This document shows, one piece after another, positions 24,701 through 33,397 of a stretch of DNA of 64,000 bases. Positions within the stretch are counted from its first letter, which is position 1; every line of letters starts with the position of its first letter. Position numbers and translations under genes: made by a program. The DNA lies in NCBI GenBank assembly GCA_964019335.1, contig OZ025741.1, positions 62,001 to 126,000 of the forward strand, written 5' to 3'. The notes under the pieces are model-generated. The model was not told the DNA's origin and did no database searches. It saw only the letters and a program-made list of their open reading frames with translations. This stretch comes from Diplonema japonicum (Eukaryota > Protista > Euglenozoa: Diplonemea).

Positions 24701-26038
24701 ACCGTGCGTCAGGGCAACGAGCTTCTCAATGTGGATGAGACCGATCCCGACAAGGGGCGTCAGAGTCGAGGTGAAGACAGAGCTGGACTGCACAAGGATG
24801 GTGCACCCGGTACCGAAGATCATCAGGATGTAGTTGTCCAGACCACCGCACGAGCGCAGGATAGGGTGCTTGAAGTCGATGTTCAGGAAGTACCTGGTCC
24901 ACGAGGCAACGCCACCCTTCAGCACGGACTGGAGCAGCTTCACAAGCAGGAGCAGGCAGGTGGTAAGCATGGTGAGGGACACGAACAGCAGCAGCACACC
25001 AGCGTCGTCGTCGGAGATGGGGGTGTCGCGGAGCACGTGACCGGACTTCTGCTTGATGATGGTCTTCTTCTCCAGCTTCTTAACCTCGTCGTTGGAGGAG
25101 GCCTGCGCGATCTTCTCGATAAGCTTCTTGTCAACAGACACCACGCGGCCGGAGGCAGGCTTCGTGATCTTCTTGATGAACTCCACCTTCTCACGCTTGT
25201 CAGTGCTCAGGTTCATCGAGTCCACAGCCTCACCAGCGAGCTCCTTGAGGAAACCGGACGCAGCCTCGAGGGGGAGGAACATCCCCACGGTGAGCCAGTT
25301 GAACATGTCGTGGAAGACGGCACCGGTGAAGGCCCTCCTGTACTCGGCGGGACTGTTCAAGTGAGCAATGGACACAATGGTGTTGGTGACGGAGGTACCG
25401 ATGTTGGCACCCATCACAAGGTACGCTGCGTCCTCAACGCTGACAAGCTCCGCTGCCGCCATCGAGATGACGATGGACGTGGTGGTCGACGAGGACTGCA
25501 TCAGCACCGTGGCGAGGATACCGATGGCGAGCCCTGCAACGGGGTTCGACAGCAGCTCGCTCTCACGGAAGGCCCTCCCGGAGGACTTCCCGCCGAGGAT
25601 CTTGAAGGCGTTCCCCATGAGCCCGAGGGAGATGATGAACATGTACAGCACACCCCAGATGCTGCAGAACTTCACGAAGTTCACCACAACAGTCTCAACC
25701 TTTTCCAGGGGGGTGAGGAACTTCCAAGGTGTGCCCGTGTCAGCCATGGCCTGCAGGGCCCACACGTCCCCCACCGTCTCGTACTCTGCCCTCGTCATGA
25801 GCTTCAGAAAGGCCTTCTCACACTCAGCTTCACAGTCGAAAGGGTCCCCACCCAGGATGTCCTTTCCCATAGGGCACTCCCTGAACTTCTCGTAGTCCAC
25901 GAAGCACGACCCGTGCACGTAGTAGCGGTCCCCTGCCTTCCATGCCTCGTCTGCCTTTGCCTCGTCGGGAATGGGCTCCGTGCTGAGCTGCGGTGCCTCC
26001 CCCTGAGGGGTTTCTTTTGGATGGTCTTCTTGCGTCAT
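21794..26038 (-). CDS. SLC34/NptA Na+/phosphate cotransporter fused to a claudin-like 4-TM module with an inserted phytase-like domain (1414 aa)
   Basis: Two SLC34 repeats QSSS...GANIGT; then TM + W...GLGLWEMC; PF13449-like motifs GLSGLTY, GRGP, DQFGP, RGFGSL, LESPL, MER, VEG; three further TMs with YSW before the last; intronless. Confidence 0.8.
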   Translation of the reverse strand: MTQEDHPKETPQGEAPQLSTEPIPDEAKADEAWKAGDRYYVHGSCFVDYEKFRECPMGKDILGGDPFDCEAECEKAFLKLMTRAEYETVGDVWALQAMADTGTPWKFLTPLEKVETVVVNFVKFCSIWGVLYMFIISLGLMGNAFKILGGKSSGRAFRESELLSNPVAGLAIGILATVLMQSSSTTTSIVISMAAAELVSVEDAAYLVMGANIGTSVTNTIVSIAHLNSPAEYRRAFTGAVFHDMFNWLTVGMFLPLEAASGFLKELAGEAVDSMNLSTDKREKVEFIKKITKPASGRVVSVDKKLIEKIAQASSNDEVKKLEKKTIIKQKSGHVLRDTPISDDDAGVLLLFVSLTMLTTCLLLLVKLLQSVLKGGVASWTRYFLNIDFKHPILRSCGGLDNYILMIFGTGCTILVQSSSVFTSTLTPLVGIGLIHIEKLVALTHGANIGTTVTGVLSALSSDNVVIGMRVALEHVFFNVLGTVVWFMIWPLRPVPLALAKFMGDTAANLRWFPVAYILLAFLAMPGLVIALSIAGWEVLVAVGVPVAIIVFSILVLIWVRRNRADLLTRGSILRAEELCGKKLPNFMQLWGGDLEKDKVDMEEMRLKEEEAKRIAATVSDWPQSAGAWGLCILAFVAMTLALPTSQWRRMRYAQEERGRKEFGLGLWEMCSDDFKKDHSFASQPQNCNATFIAQCASELELSCSAGYESDEVYSNAWARCTQAGCRSHAWSVECPQINSCKARAGHAERCMKPLKSFTFHVLEQEQNGATWDFSLANEVSSGDVNVLPHDNHFVDSSKKKLTSYTLPAQPLAGTVNPDLTTDLTCTNCSQPCATGTGDFCNDAPGLSGLTYDYCSGELYAMTGRGPSADCNGATVLALQGFSPAVAKLRLGNTYTNEASSTVVHVDSWANLKYSGNNVLAGLSTTDNEVTRVGGAAGWTVATCPANTVVATPASFGLNMGDVQAFGKGMFIGADQFGPEIAIWNAAGEIQAIYTSDAAALGGGANVKAVIPAIYRQRRVGRGFGSLAVNADKDKVVACLESPLTGGDATLLNSNAVRCIMLNVTDYANPSVIMQKVVLLSDAEGEYPASLRNATNTQADVRFSAAAWLSDDKVLLMERATSGPAGVSVILREADFSTGTNIASDATLDSIERVVVAGGALALNPAVNLAAAGIKAVTTKKVFDVNSVEGAAEKITGGSVEGMFIANSHTVVLAESGDFAEHSKVHVVQMDVTLSDFSAPKCAFPKTSTFEGGDNCRKIGDVCPKGDLEGDMETVAGLAVSGTLFLGIGMVAVVLYSFLPHHAVFGKMIFVSAAFLTLAWILVLAAWAHTNQMSTNTYGCLFLDESARSESRGGGMALLHGELQYITRPSYSWAFTIYAWGMLTISLCFVLHRVVRETVMPYPAEENLSAKERQ

Positions 26039-26124
26039 TTCTTTTTTTCTTTTTTTTTTATCGATAATCTGATTGGTGTTTGGTTTTTGTATCTCAAGGG
26101 GGGAGGGGGGGAAGAGGCCAGAAA

Positions 26125-26370
26125 TCACAGTTGGATATCTAGTTCTGCGGTAACCAGGTCCGACGTCCTCACGATCACCTGGTTGAATTTACCCGCTTTC
26201 GTCTGCATGTTGCTGACGGCCATGTGGTGCAGATCGCTGTCCATGCAGCAGAACTCACCTTCGCCTTCATAGCCCTCGTACAGCTTCACCTCTATTCCCG
26301 TCTTGCTCCGCTCCGCAAGCCAGTTCCAAAACTTTAGATGCTCGACACGCAGGTCGGCCAGGTCCGACAT
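26125..26370 (-). CDS. GEMIN7: Gemin7-like Sm-fold protein
   Basis: 81 aa; LR..L..LYEG....F...D.D....VSNMQTKAG......RTSDL matches my recollection of the Gemin7 Sm-like domain pattern. Confidence 0.7.
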   Translation of the reverse strand: MSDLADLRVEHLKFWNWLAERSKTGIEVKLYEGYEGEGEFCCMDSDLHHMAVSNMQTKAGKFNQVIVRTSDLVTAELDIQL

Positions 26371-26868
26371 GTCGCTTCCCCCTTTTCCTTTTTCTTTTTA
26401 TAGCTTCTCGGAATGGTGGAGTTGGGATAAATATTTTTAAAAAGAAAGACAAAACATTAAGGGGAGGGGGAAGGAAATCTCAGGAAAAAGGAAAACAAAA
26501 ACAAAAAACTTTCATTAAGATTCGTATCTTAAAAAAAAAAAGATTTCTTTTTTACTTTAAAAGAGAAACTTGGTTAAACTGCAGCAAAGAAAAAGGGGAA
26601 TACCATATACTGGTGGGAAAATATTTTCGTCCTCAGGATCCAGCCCGCCACCCCGGAGAAACTGCCCTCCCCACGCCTTTTTTTTTTAAGATACGAAACG
26701 AGACCGGTGAACAAAAACAATGGGAAAAAAAAAAGAAAAAGAAATATCAAAACTGCTTTTTGTCTCAACCTTTTTTTTTTCTTCTTCTTCTTCCTTGCAA
26801 AAACTTAACCGTGCTACCCTTCCCTTTGAAAATGGGTATTAAAGCAAAAAAAAAAAAAAAAAAAAAAA

Positions 26869-27822
26869 TCAAGCCACTCCCAGCGACTTCAACCCTTCTT
26901 TTATGCAACCAATGAGAAGCTTGCTCCCCTCTGCAGTGGGGTGCAGGGCATCCGCCATTAAGTCTTTTTTTTTTTTTTCTTTTTTTTTCCCCTCCCGCAA
27001 CATACCTTCACGAATCTTCCCGTCCCCAAGGAACGGCTCCGTGCAGAGAGAGACGTGGGTGGAGCGCTCACATTCAAAATTCTCTTTAATCGCTTCGTTG
27101 ATCTTTCCTATTGCTTCTGTGTACAAGTTGTTCGGCCAATTATAAGTAGGGGGTTTGAACGACTGCCCACGAGGCAGCAACCCCACAATGACCAACTTCC
27201 CATTTGATTTCATGGAGCAGCGCAGCTGATAGATAACATCAAGCAAGCGTGTGATGACGGTCTGTGCTGCGTCATCTACTTGCGATTTTGTCAAAGTCGC
27301 TGATGACAGAGGGCTCCACCACCCACCTACGTGAGGCGAGATAAGCTGGCTCAGATCATTGGTTCCAATGTGTAGAACCACGGATTTTGCTTTTTTAAGA
27401 ATCTGTTTCTCCCCGTGGTTGAGCCGCCATTGGAGGTGGGCGGTTTGATCACCGGAAATTGCAAGAACTATTTTCTTCGATGTGTTGAAGGCTTTGTTAA
27501 AAACGCTTGGAATGCCCTCGCATCGTGCTGACGAGCATTTTGCGTCACCGCCAGCAGTTCCCCGGAACGCTTCTGTAATACTGTCACCGAGGAAAACCAC
27601 ATCGTACTCGTTTTTTCCTGTTGCAACCTCGTAGGCGAGCTTTCTTTGAAACTTTCGCCACTCGTTATTTCTGTCGCAGCCGGCGCACTTAGGGAGCGGT
27701 TCTACTAAGAGGTTGAAGCAAATGACCACCAAGGCTAGCAGGGTCACGATGATGGTGGGCTTCATCGGTAATTGTATTTTATTTGTCGCCTCTGTGAGAA
27801 TCGTGTTGGTACGCCGTATCAT
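26869..27822 (-). CDS. SGNH/GDSL hydrolase (PAF-acetylhydrolase Ib-like) with N-terminal signal anchor; intron 26964-27005
   Basis: VFLGDSIT, AISGDQT, HIGTNDL, GLLPRG, DALHP blocks; 42-nt GTATG...AAAG intron; alternative start at 27765. Confidence 0.85.
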   Translation of the reverse strand: MIRRTNTILTEATNKIQLPMKPTIIVTLLALVVICFNLLVEPLPKCAGCDRNNEWRKFQRKLAYEVATGKNEYDVVFLGDSITEAFRGTAGGDAKCSSARCEGIPSVFNKAFNTSKKIVLAISGDQTAHLQWRLNHGEKQILKKAKSVVLHIGTNDLSQLISPHVGGWWSPLSSATLTKSQVDDAAQTVITRLLDVIYQLRCSMKSNGKLVIVGLLPRGQSFKPPTYNWPNNLYTEAIGKINEAIKENFECERSTHVSLCTEPFLGDGKIREGMLREGKKKEKKKKDLMADALHPTAEGSKLLIGCIKEGLKSLGVA

Positions 27823-28066
27823 GTATTGAGTATTTTTATTATAAAAGAAAAAAAAGGGGGGGGGGATTGAACCACCCCTCTCGACACCTTTTTTTTTTTC
27901 TCTTTTGGGAAGTACACAAAAAAAAAAAGAAAATGCCTACAAAGGGGGGGGAACAAAAAAAAATATTTCTAAACATCTAATTCAGTTAATATAACAACGT
28001 AAAAAAAAAAAATTAACAAAAATGCGGGGGGGGGGGGGGGTTAATAATTTTTCTCTCTTGCAACCC

Positions 28067-28714
28067 CTAAGACACCAAGGCCACCGGCCTCCACTGATGC
28101 TGGACGGTGGAAGGCAGCGGCGCCACCTTTCGAAACAAAACCCCTTGCGCGTGCTGCGGCGGGGGCCGTTCTAAAGCCTTTGTCAATGATGCAAGAACAC
28201 TAAGGCGCGGCGGTGAGATAGGTGCAGGTGTGTGCACAAGAGCAGGGGTAGACGGAAGGGGGGAAGGAGAGGCTGACGACGAGGAATCTGTCACAAGAAC
28301 AGAATGGACAGTGTTCGATACGGCAAGACACAGCTGGTGTGCCCGGGTCTTCTCTTTGAACAGAAGGCTGAAAACAGGGCAGGTATCGGCACCGATTTTT
28401 GCACGCACCTGAACGACACATTTCACCCCCTCACCACCCGGCAAAGTGAGTTCAATAATATTCCCTAGATGCAGGCGAGATCCAGTGTTGGCATCGTCTT
28501 CAACAGCACCACTTTTGGGATGCGGCAACAAGTATAAACCATTTTCTGTCACTATGCAGTATCTCCTCATCCATTGCTCTGAGCGGCTGAGCCAGACTTC
28601 GTCAGAAAAGCTCACTTCTTCATCCCCGCATTTCCTCATGAATCTTCTAAGCTGGGCTTGTTCTTCTGCTTCCCCTGATGAAATATCCAGGTGGTCCGTG
28701 AATTTTCGCGGCAT
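28067..28714 (-). CDS. Myosin-TH1-like PH-fold protein with Pro/Ser-rich tail
   Basis: FSDEV....RRYCIVTENGLYLL...LHLGNI resembles the TH1 pattern. Confidence 0.55.
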   Translation of the reverse strand: MPRKFTDHLDISSGEAEEQAQLRRFMRKCGDEEVSFSDEVWLSRSEQWMRRYCIVTENGLYLLPHPKSGAVEDDANTGSRLHLGNIIELTLPGGEGVKCVVQVRAKIGADTCPVFSLLFKEKTRAHQLCLAVSNTVHSVLVTDSSSSASPSPLPSTPALVHTPAPISPPRLSVLASLTKALERPPPQHAQGVLFRKVAPLPSTVQHQWRPVALVS

Positions 28715-29413
28715 TTTTCTTCTTTTTTTTACCCCCTTCCACCTCCCTTCCTTTTTTTTTGTTTGTAGGGGTAATATTTAATTACGGGAAAAAAAAAAAA
28801 GAAAAAATATTAATAAAAGAATGACAAAAGGAGGGGGGGGTTAAATATAAAAAACGACGAGAGGGAGAAAGAAAGAGGAGAGAAAAAGGCGGGGGGGGGG
28901 GGGGGGGGGCAAATGCAAAAAAAGGAAAAAAAAATGAAGTACAAATCCCCTTTTTTCTTTTAATTTGATAATGATTTTTCTTCTTGTTTTTTTTTTTTTT
29001 TGTTCTGTGGAAAAGAAAGGGGGGGACAAACGGTAAACAGACGGTGGTTAATTTTTCTTTTTTTTTTTTTCGGACTAAACACACTTTTTTTTTAAAAAAA
29101 AAAAGAAGAAAGGGCCGAAACAACTACAACAGAGGGGTAAGGAGTGTGTTGCGTCAAAAACCCTCCCCCCACTCTCATTTTCTTTCTTTTTTTTTCATTT
29201 CCTTTTTTTTTCTCTTTTTTTTTCTTCTTTTTTTTTTACCACAGGAAAGCAGGATCTTAATAGGAAAAAAAAAAGGGGGACCGGAAGCAAAATGTTCTTC
29301 TTTTTTTCTTTTCTTCTCTTTTGCTTTTTTTTTCCAAAGAACATGCTCACACAGGCCCTTTTTTTTAAAAATTCTTTTTCTCGAATTTTACTTCCGCTTT
29401 CTGAAGAGGCTAG

Positions 29414-29463
<50 letters not shown>

Positions 29464-29542
29464 AAAAAAAAAGAGGAAAAAAAAAAAGCAATATAAACGT
29501 GGGAGGAGGGGGGTTGTTTTTTTTTTTTTTTTTTTTTTTCCC

Positions 29543-29881
29543 CTAGTTCTTCTTGCCCTTACCCTTTCCGCCCTTGCCACCCTTCCTGCCCTTACCCTTG
29601 CCCTTGCCCTTACCACCCTTCTTACCGCCCTTCTGCTTGTCCTGCATGCTCCTGAGCTGTTCGATCTGGGTGGTCATCGCCTCCCGGAACTTTTCTTCAT
29701 CCTCACCTGCAATGAGCGCGCACGACTCCGGGGTGACATCATCGAACTTGAAGGGGGTCTCGGCGTGCTGTGTGTATTGTAAAAAAGAAATGGATTGTAC
29801 ACAAACCTTGGCAACCACCTTGCTGGCCTCCTCAGCGGTGTTGAACATCAGCTTGGCTGTGCCTTCCTCAGCAACGCAGAA

Positions 29882-29915
<34 letters not shown>

Positions 29916-30868
29916 TTTCGTTGAACATACCGTGCTGTTGCCACCTCGGCCACTGCTGTCTTGACAACCTTCCACCTCTGCTCCCCTTCGCCAATCTTGG
30001 TGAAGATGACAGAAGCGTCCTTGGGAAGCACAATGGGTTCCTGCTTGGGCTTCTTGGCTTCGACTTCTTCGTCGCCCTCCTCCCTCTTCCTCTTGTCACC
30101 AGCCTCGGCTTCGGGCTTCTTCCTCCTGTCGGCGTTCTGTGTTTTAATTTCAATTTCTTTTTTTTTTTTTTTTTTTTTTGTTGGTACCTCCTTGTCGTGC
30201 TGCTCCTTGAACATGACCACAAGCTTCACGTCGTTGTACTCCAAGCCAGCCTCAACGGCCTTCTTTGCCTCCTCCTCGGTGGAGAACTCAACGTGGACGG
30301 ACTCCTTGTACTTCCTGTTGCCATTGGCGTCCTTGCCAGGGTAGGCACGACGGTTCACCTTGTACACCTTACCCTGCTTTGCGAAGAACTCCTCAAGGAC
30401 ATCGAGAGACACGTCAGTGGGGAAGCCCTTGGCGTAGATGGTGCGCGGGACTGTGTGTGGGTGAATTTTTATTTTTTTTATTTTATTTACACTATATGCA
30501 ACTTGTGCCGAGCAAAAAAAGACATAGTCATAAAGAAATATTATTATTATTATTATTATTATTATTTTTTTTTTTTTTTCCATACGAGGGTTCCACTCCT
30601 TGGGAAGACACTCGGTCCTCCTCACCTTGGTGTTCTCTTCGCTCACCACAAGACCCTCGACACCCTTGAGCGCCTGTGCCAGCTCGGCCACGTCGGTGGT
30701 GATCTTTTTGACGTTGTTAAACGTGCACAGGACCGACAGATCAACCCATCCCTCCTCATTGCTCTTCACCTGCCCCAACAAAAACTTGTCCTCCATGATG
30801 TTCGAGTTCGAGAAGTAGAACCCAATCTGCTTCTGCAGACCCTTAACCTGTTCCTCAGTGATCGGCAT
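29543..30868 (-). CDS. La protein (La motif + RRM + C-terminal RRM, GK-rich tail); introns 30451-30585, 30137-30187, 29883-29930, 29768-29806
   Basis: KQIGFYFSNSNIMEDKFL, GWVDLSVLCTFN, RTIYAKGFP, SVHVEF; low-complexity inserts in the ORF are bounded by GT..AG. Confidence 0.9.
30539..30565. repeat. (TAT)n microsatellite in La intron
   Basis: Direct run of tattattat... Confidence 0.8.
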
Positions 30869-31151
30869 TTTCTTTTTTACTTTTTTTTTTTCCTTTCAAA
30901 TCTTTTTCTTGGGGGAGGGGAAGAGGTTGTGCACAAAAAAAAAAAAAAAGGGGGGAGAGGGCGTGAAATACAGGTAAGAACAAAAGAAAGCCTACATATA
31001 CCTAATTAAGAGGATGGGGTTCCTTCTTTTTCTTTTTTTCTTCTTGGGAATAAAAATAAAAAAAAACAGAAAATATTTTCTTTTTGTACAATACAGTTTA
31101 CGGTAGGGGGCAAAAACAAAAAAACAAAACAAAAAAAGTAAAGGAGAAAGG

Positions 31152-31252
31152 TCATCTCCATGCAATGATGTCGCTGGCAGAGGCGTGGCCAAGGTATGAC
31201 TTGGCACCGTAACCTTTGGAAGAACTGCGGTGAGAAGCCTCGTTCTGTCGAT

Positions 31253-31290
<38 letters not shown>

Positions 31291-32578
31291 CAAAAAAAAA
31301 AATATATATATACATACATGTGTCGCAACAGGCCGCCTGCTAGGGATAGATTTCACAGGGGGTGCCCAAGTCCCATGCCCAGCCTGGGCTTGCGAGATAA
31401 GGTTGTCCCGCCCGCTGCTTGAAGACCGCATTTTCGCAGTGTGCAGTGTGGTAGCCACCGTTCCTATTTAAAAAAAAAAAAAAATACAAAGATAACCCCT
31501 TAATCTCCTTAAATTCTAACATACTGGGTGCAATGATGGAGTACTCCCTCCTGGGCGGGGTGTGCGAACGTGAGAGGCCCGAAAAAGAAGGCGTTCTTTC
31601 GAATACAGGTGAGGCTGTTCGTTTCCCGCGGAGCTTTTCCGGCTCCGGTGTGGGGGGTGGGCGGTGCTCCACCAACGGCCTCGGCTTCGAAGGAAGCTGC
31701 TTAGGCGACTGTTTCCACTTCACAGAAATCGGCTCATTTCTAACATTAGAAATAACACCCATCGTGGACTGCAAAGTGTCATTCGGCCTGTTGGACACCG
31801 ACCGTATCTTTGTATGGGTTGGCCGTTCCCCTCGACCAGTGCTGATGATGGAGTCTTGTCTTGTAACTGGCGATGCGGACCTTCTCACTCGGAACGGTGT
31901 GTGGTGTAGCAAGTCCCGTGTTCCAGGTGGAGTGGCGTCTCGTTTCCTCCCACGCGGGGTGGGCGGCCGTTCAGGGTTCACTGGTACTGTACCAAAACCT
32001 CTTGAACTGGCTGGGCTTTGGTATTTAGGATGTTCGGTGGAAGCTCGCCCGCTTCGAGACCTCGTCGGCTTCCCGAGGAGCTCAGGCGCAGGGGCGTCCG
32101 ACTGCAGCATTGCATCCCTTGCAGCGGTACCAGACTGCTGCCACACTGCTCGATGGGATCCTGGGGAAGCGGACCTAGTACGCTGGAGAGAGTGTGCGGC
32201 CGCGCCTGTTAAGTCAGTTGTTTGCTTGCTGGTCGATTGTTTCCGGCTGTTGCTTCTCTCGGTGGGAGGGGAGTAACCTATCTCGGAGGTCATGCCACCG
32301 CCTGACAGCCCGCTTCTTCCTCTTCTGTGTTCTTCGCACGTGGTGCTAGGCCGTTTCGATCGAAGGGATGCATCCCTTATCCCAGGCACTGCCACGAAGC
32401 CCGCACCGTCCAGCCCGCTATTGCTGCGTCGGAAGGCCGTCTCTATCCTCTTCGATGGTATATTCTTCTCCTCCCCACGTTGGATCGGCTTCCCCGCTAC
32501 TTTCATCCCCCTCGCTGCTACAGGGTCGCTTCTGAGCGACGCGACGGCATTTCGTAACCCCACCGATGCGACAGGCAT
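31152..32578 (-). CDS. Ser/Arg/Pro-rich low-complexity hypothetical protein; introns 31464-31524, 31245-31317
   Basis: 412-aa ORF plus two GTATG..AG introns that continue into compositionally matching exons ending ...SDIIAWR*. Confidence 0.6.
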
Positions 32579-32697
32579 TTATTTTACCCCTCTTTCTTGT
32601 TTTTGGTTAGTAGAAGAACGGTGGAGGGGATAAAAAAAGAGCAAAACATAACAAAAAAAAAAAAAAAAAAAAAAAAAGGAAAAACCCTCACACAAGC

Positions 32698-33255
32698 TCA
32701 AGCTTCTTTCTCTGATGTTTTCCGCTTCAGCGGTCTTTGATTGTGTAGAACTGCTTCTTCGCACCGCTTGATCGCCTTGTCCCTGCCGAAGACATAATTT
32801 TCAGACTTCTCCAGTGAAAGGTTCGCCCCCCACGGTTCAATGAAGTGCCAGGATGTTTCTACAGTCCGCTTGTGTTCTATAGGGTCAAGGAAGACGTCCC
32901 TGTACCTATCTCGGGAGTAAGGGTGCAGCTTGTCCCACGCGGGGGGAGGGGATATCACTGTCTCTGCGTTGTCGAGGTAGGATTTCATATCTAGTCTAAG
33001 GTGGGGGGGCAAGTTCATATTTAATGGGGGGCTCCCTATCTTCAGCACGTCTTGTGCGTACTCGCCCTCCCAGCCCAGCAAGAGTTGCAGCCTGTCCTCC
33101 GCCCCTATCATCAGGTTTCTTCTGTACCCCACTAACCCCATACCGCCGGCCAGCAGGCCCGACAGTAGGATCAGAATTCTTCTGCTTTCAGTCCTTTTCC
33201 CAAACTGGAACCGCCGTGGGTTCAAGTATTTCAGGATCAGTCCTTTGGTGGCCAT
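32698..33255 (-). CDS. Hypothetical single-pass (possibly mitochondrial) membrane protein
   Basis: 185-aa ORF, basic N-terminus, one TM ILILLSGLLAGGMGLVGY. Confidence 0.6.
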   Translation of the reverse strand: MATKGLILKYLNPRRFQFGKRTESRRILILLSGLLAGGMGLVGYRRNLMIGAEDRLQLLLGWEGEYAQDVLKIGSPPLNMNLPPHLRLDMKSYLDNAETVISPPPAWDKLHPYSRDRYRDVFLDPIEHKRTVETSWHFIEPWGANLSLEKSENYVFGRDKAIKRCEEAVLHNQRPLKRKTSEKEA

Positions 33256-33397
33256 TTTTTCCTTTTTTTTGTTTTTCTTCTTTCTTTTTTCTTTTTCGGC
33301 TCTTTCCCCCGCTCCACCAAACCCTGGTTGTTTTTTTTTATATTTTTTTTATTTTTTTTAACAAAGTGTTTATTTTTAAAAAGAAAAGGAAACAAAA

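Noticed and set aside
21863-26272. Long plus-strand ORFs (767 aa, 552 aa), and similar antisense ORFs over Lys2, the beta-helix gene and La
   Set aside because: Antisense shadows of strongly C/G-ending codon usage; no recognisable domains; V/G/H/L-rich composition
28782-29616. Phe/Lys-rich short ORFs here and in other spacers, and F/K-rich N-terminal extensions of real ORFs
   Set aside because: Translations of poly(T)/poly(A) intergenic tracts from non-ATG starts
31464-31496. 33-nt in-frame intron giving a ...CEIYP* C-terminus
   Set aside because: The GTATG donor at 31524 is stronger and leads to exons matching the protein's composition plus a further canonical intron
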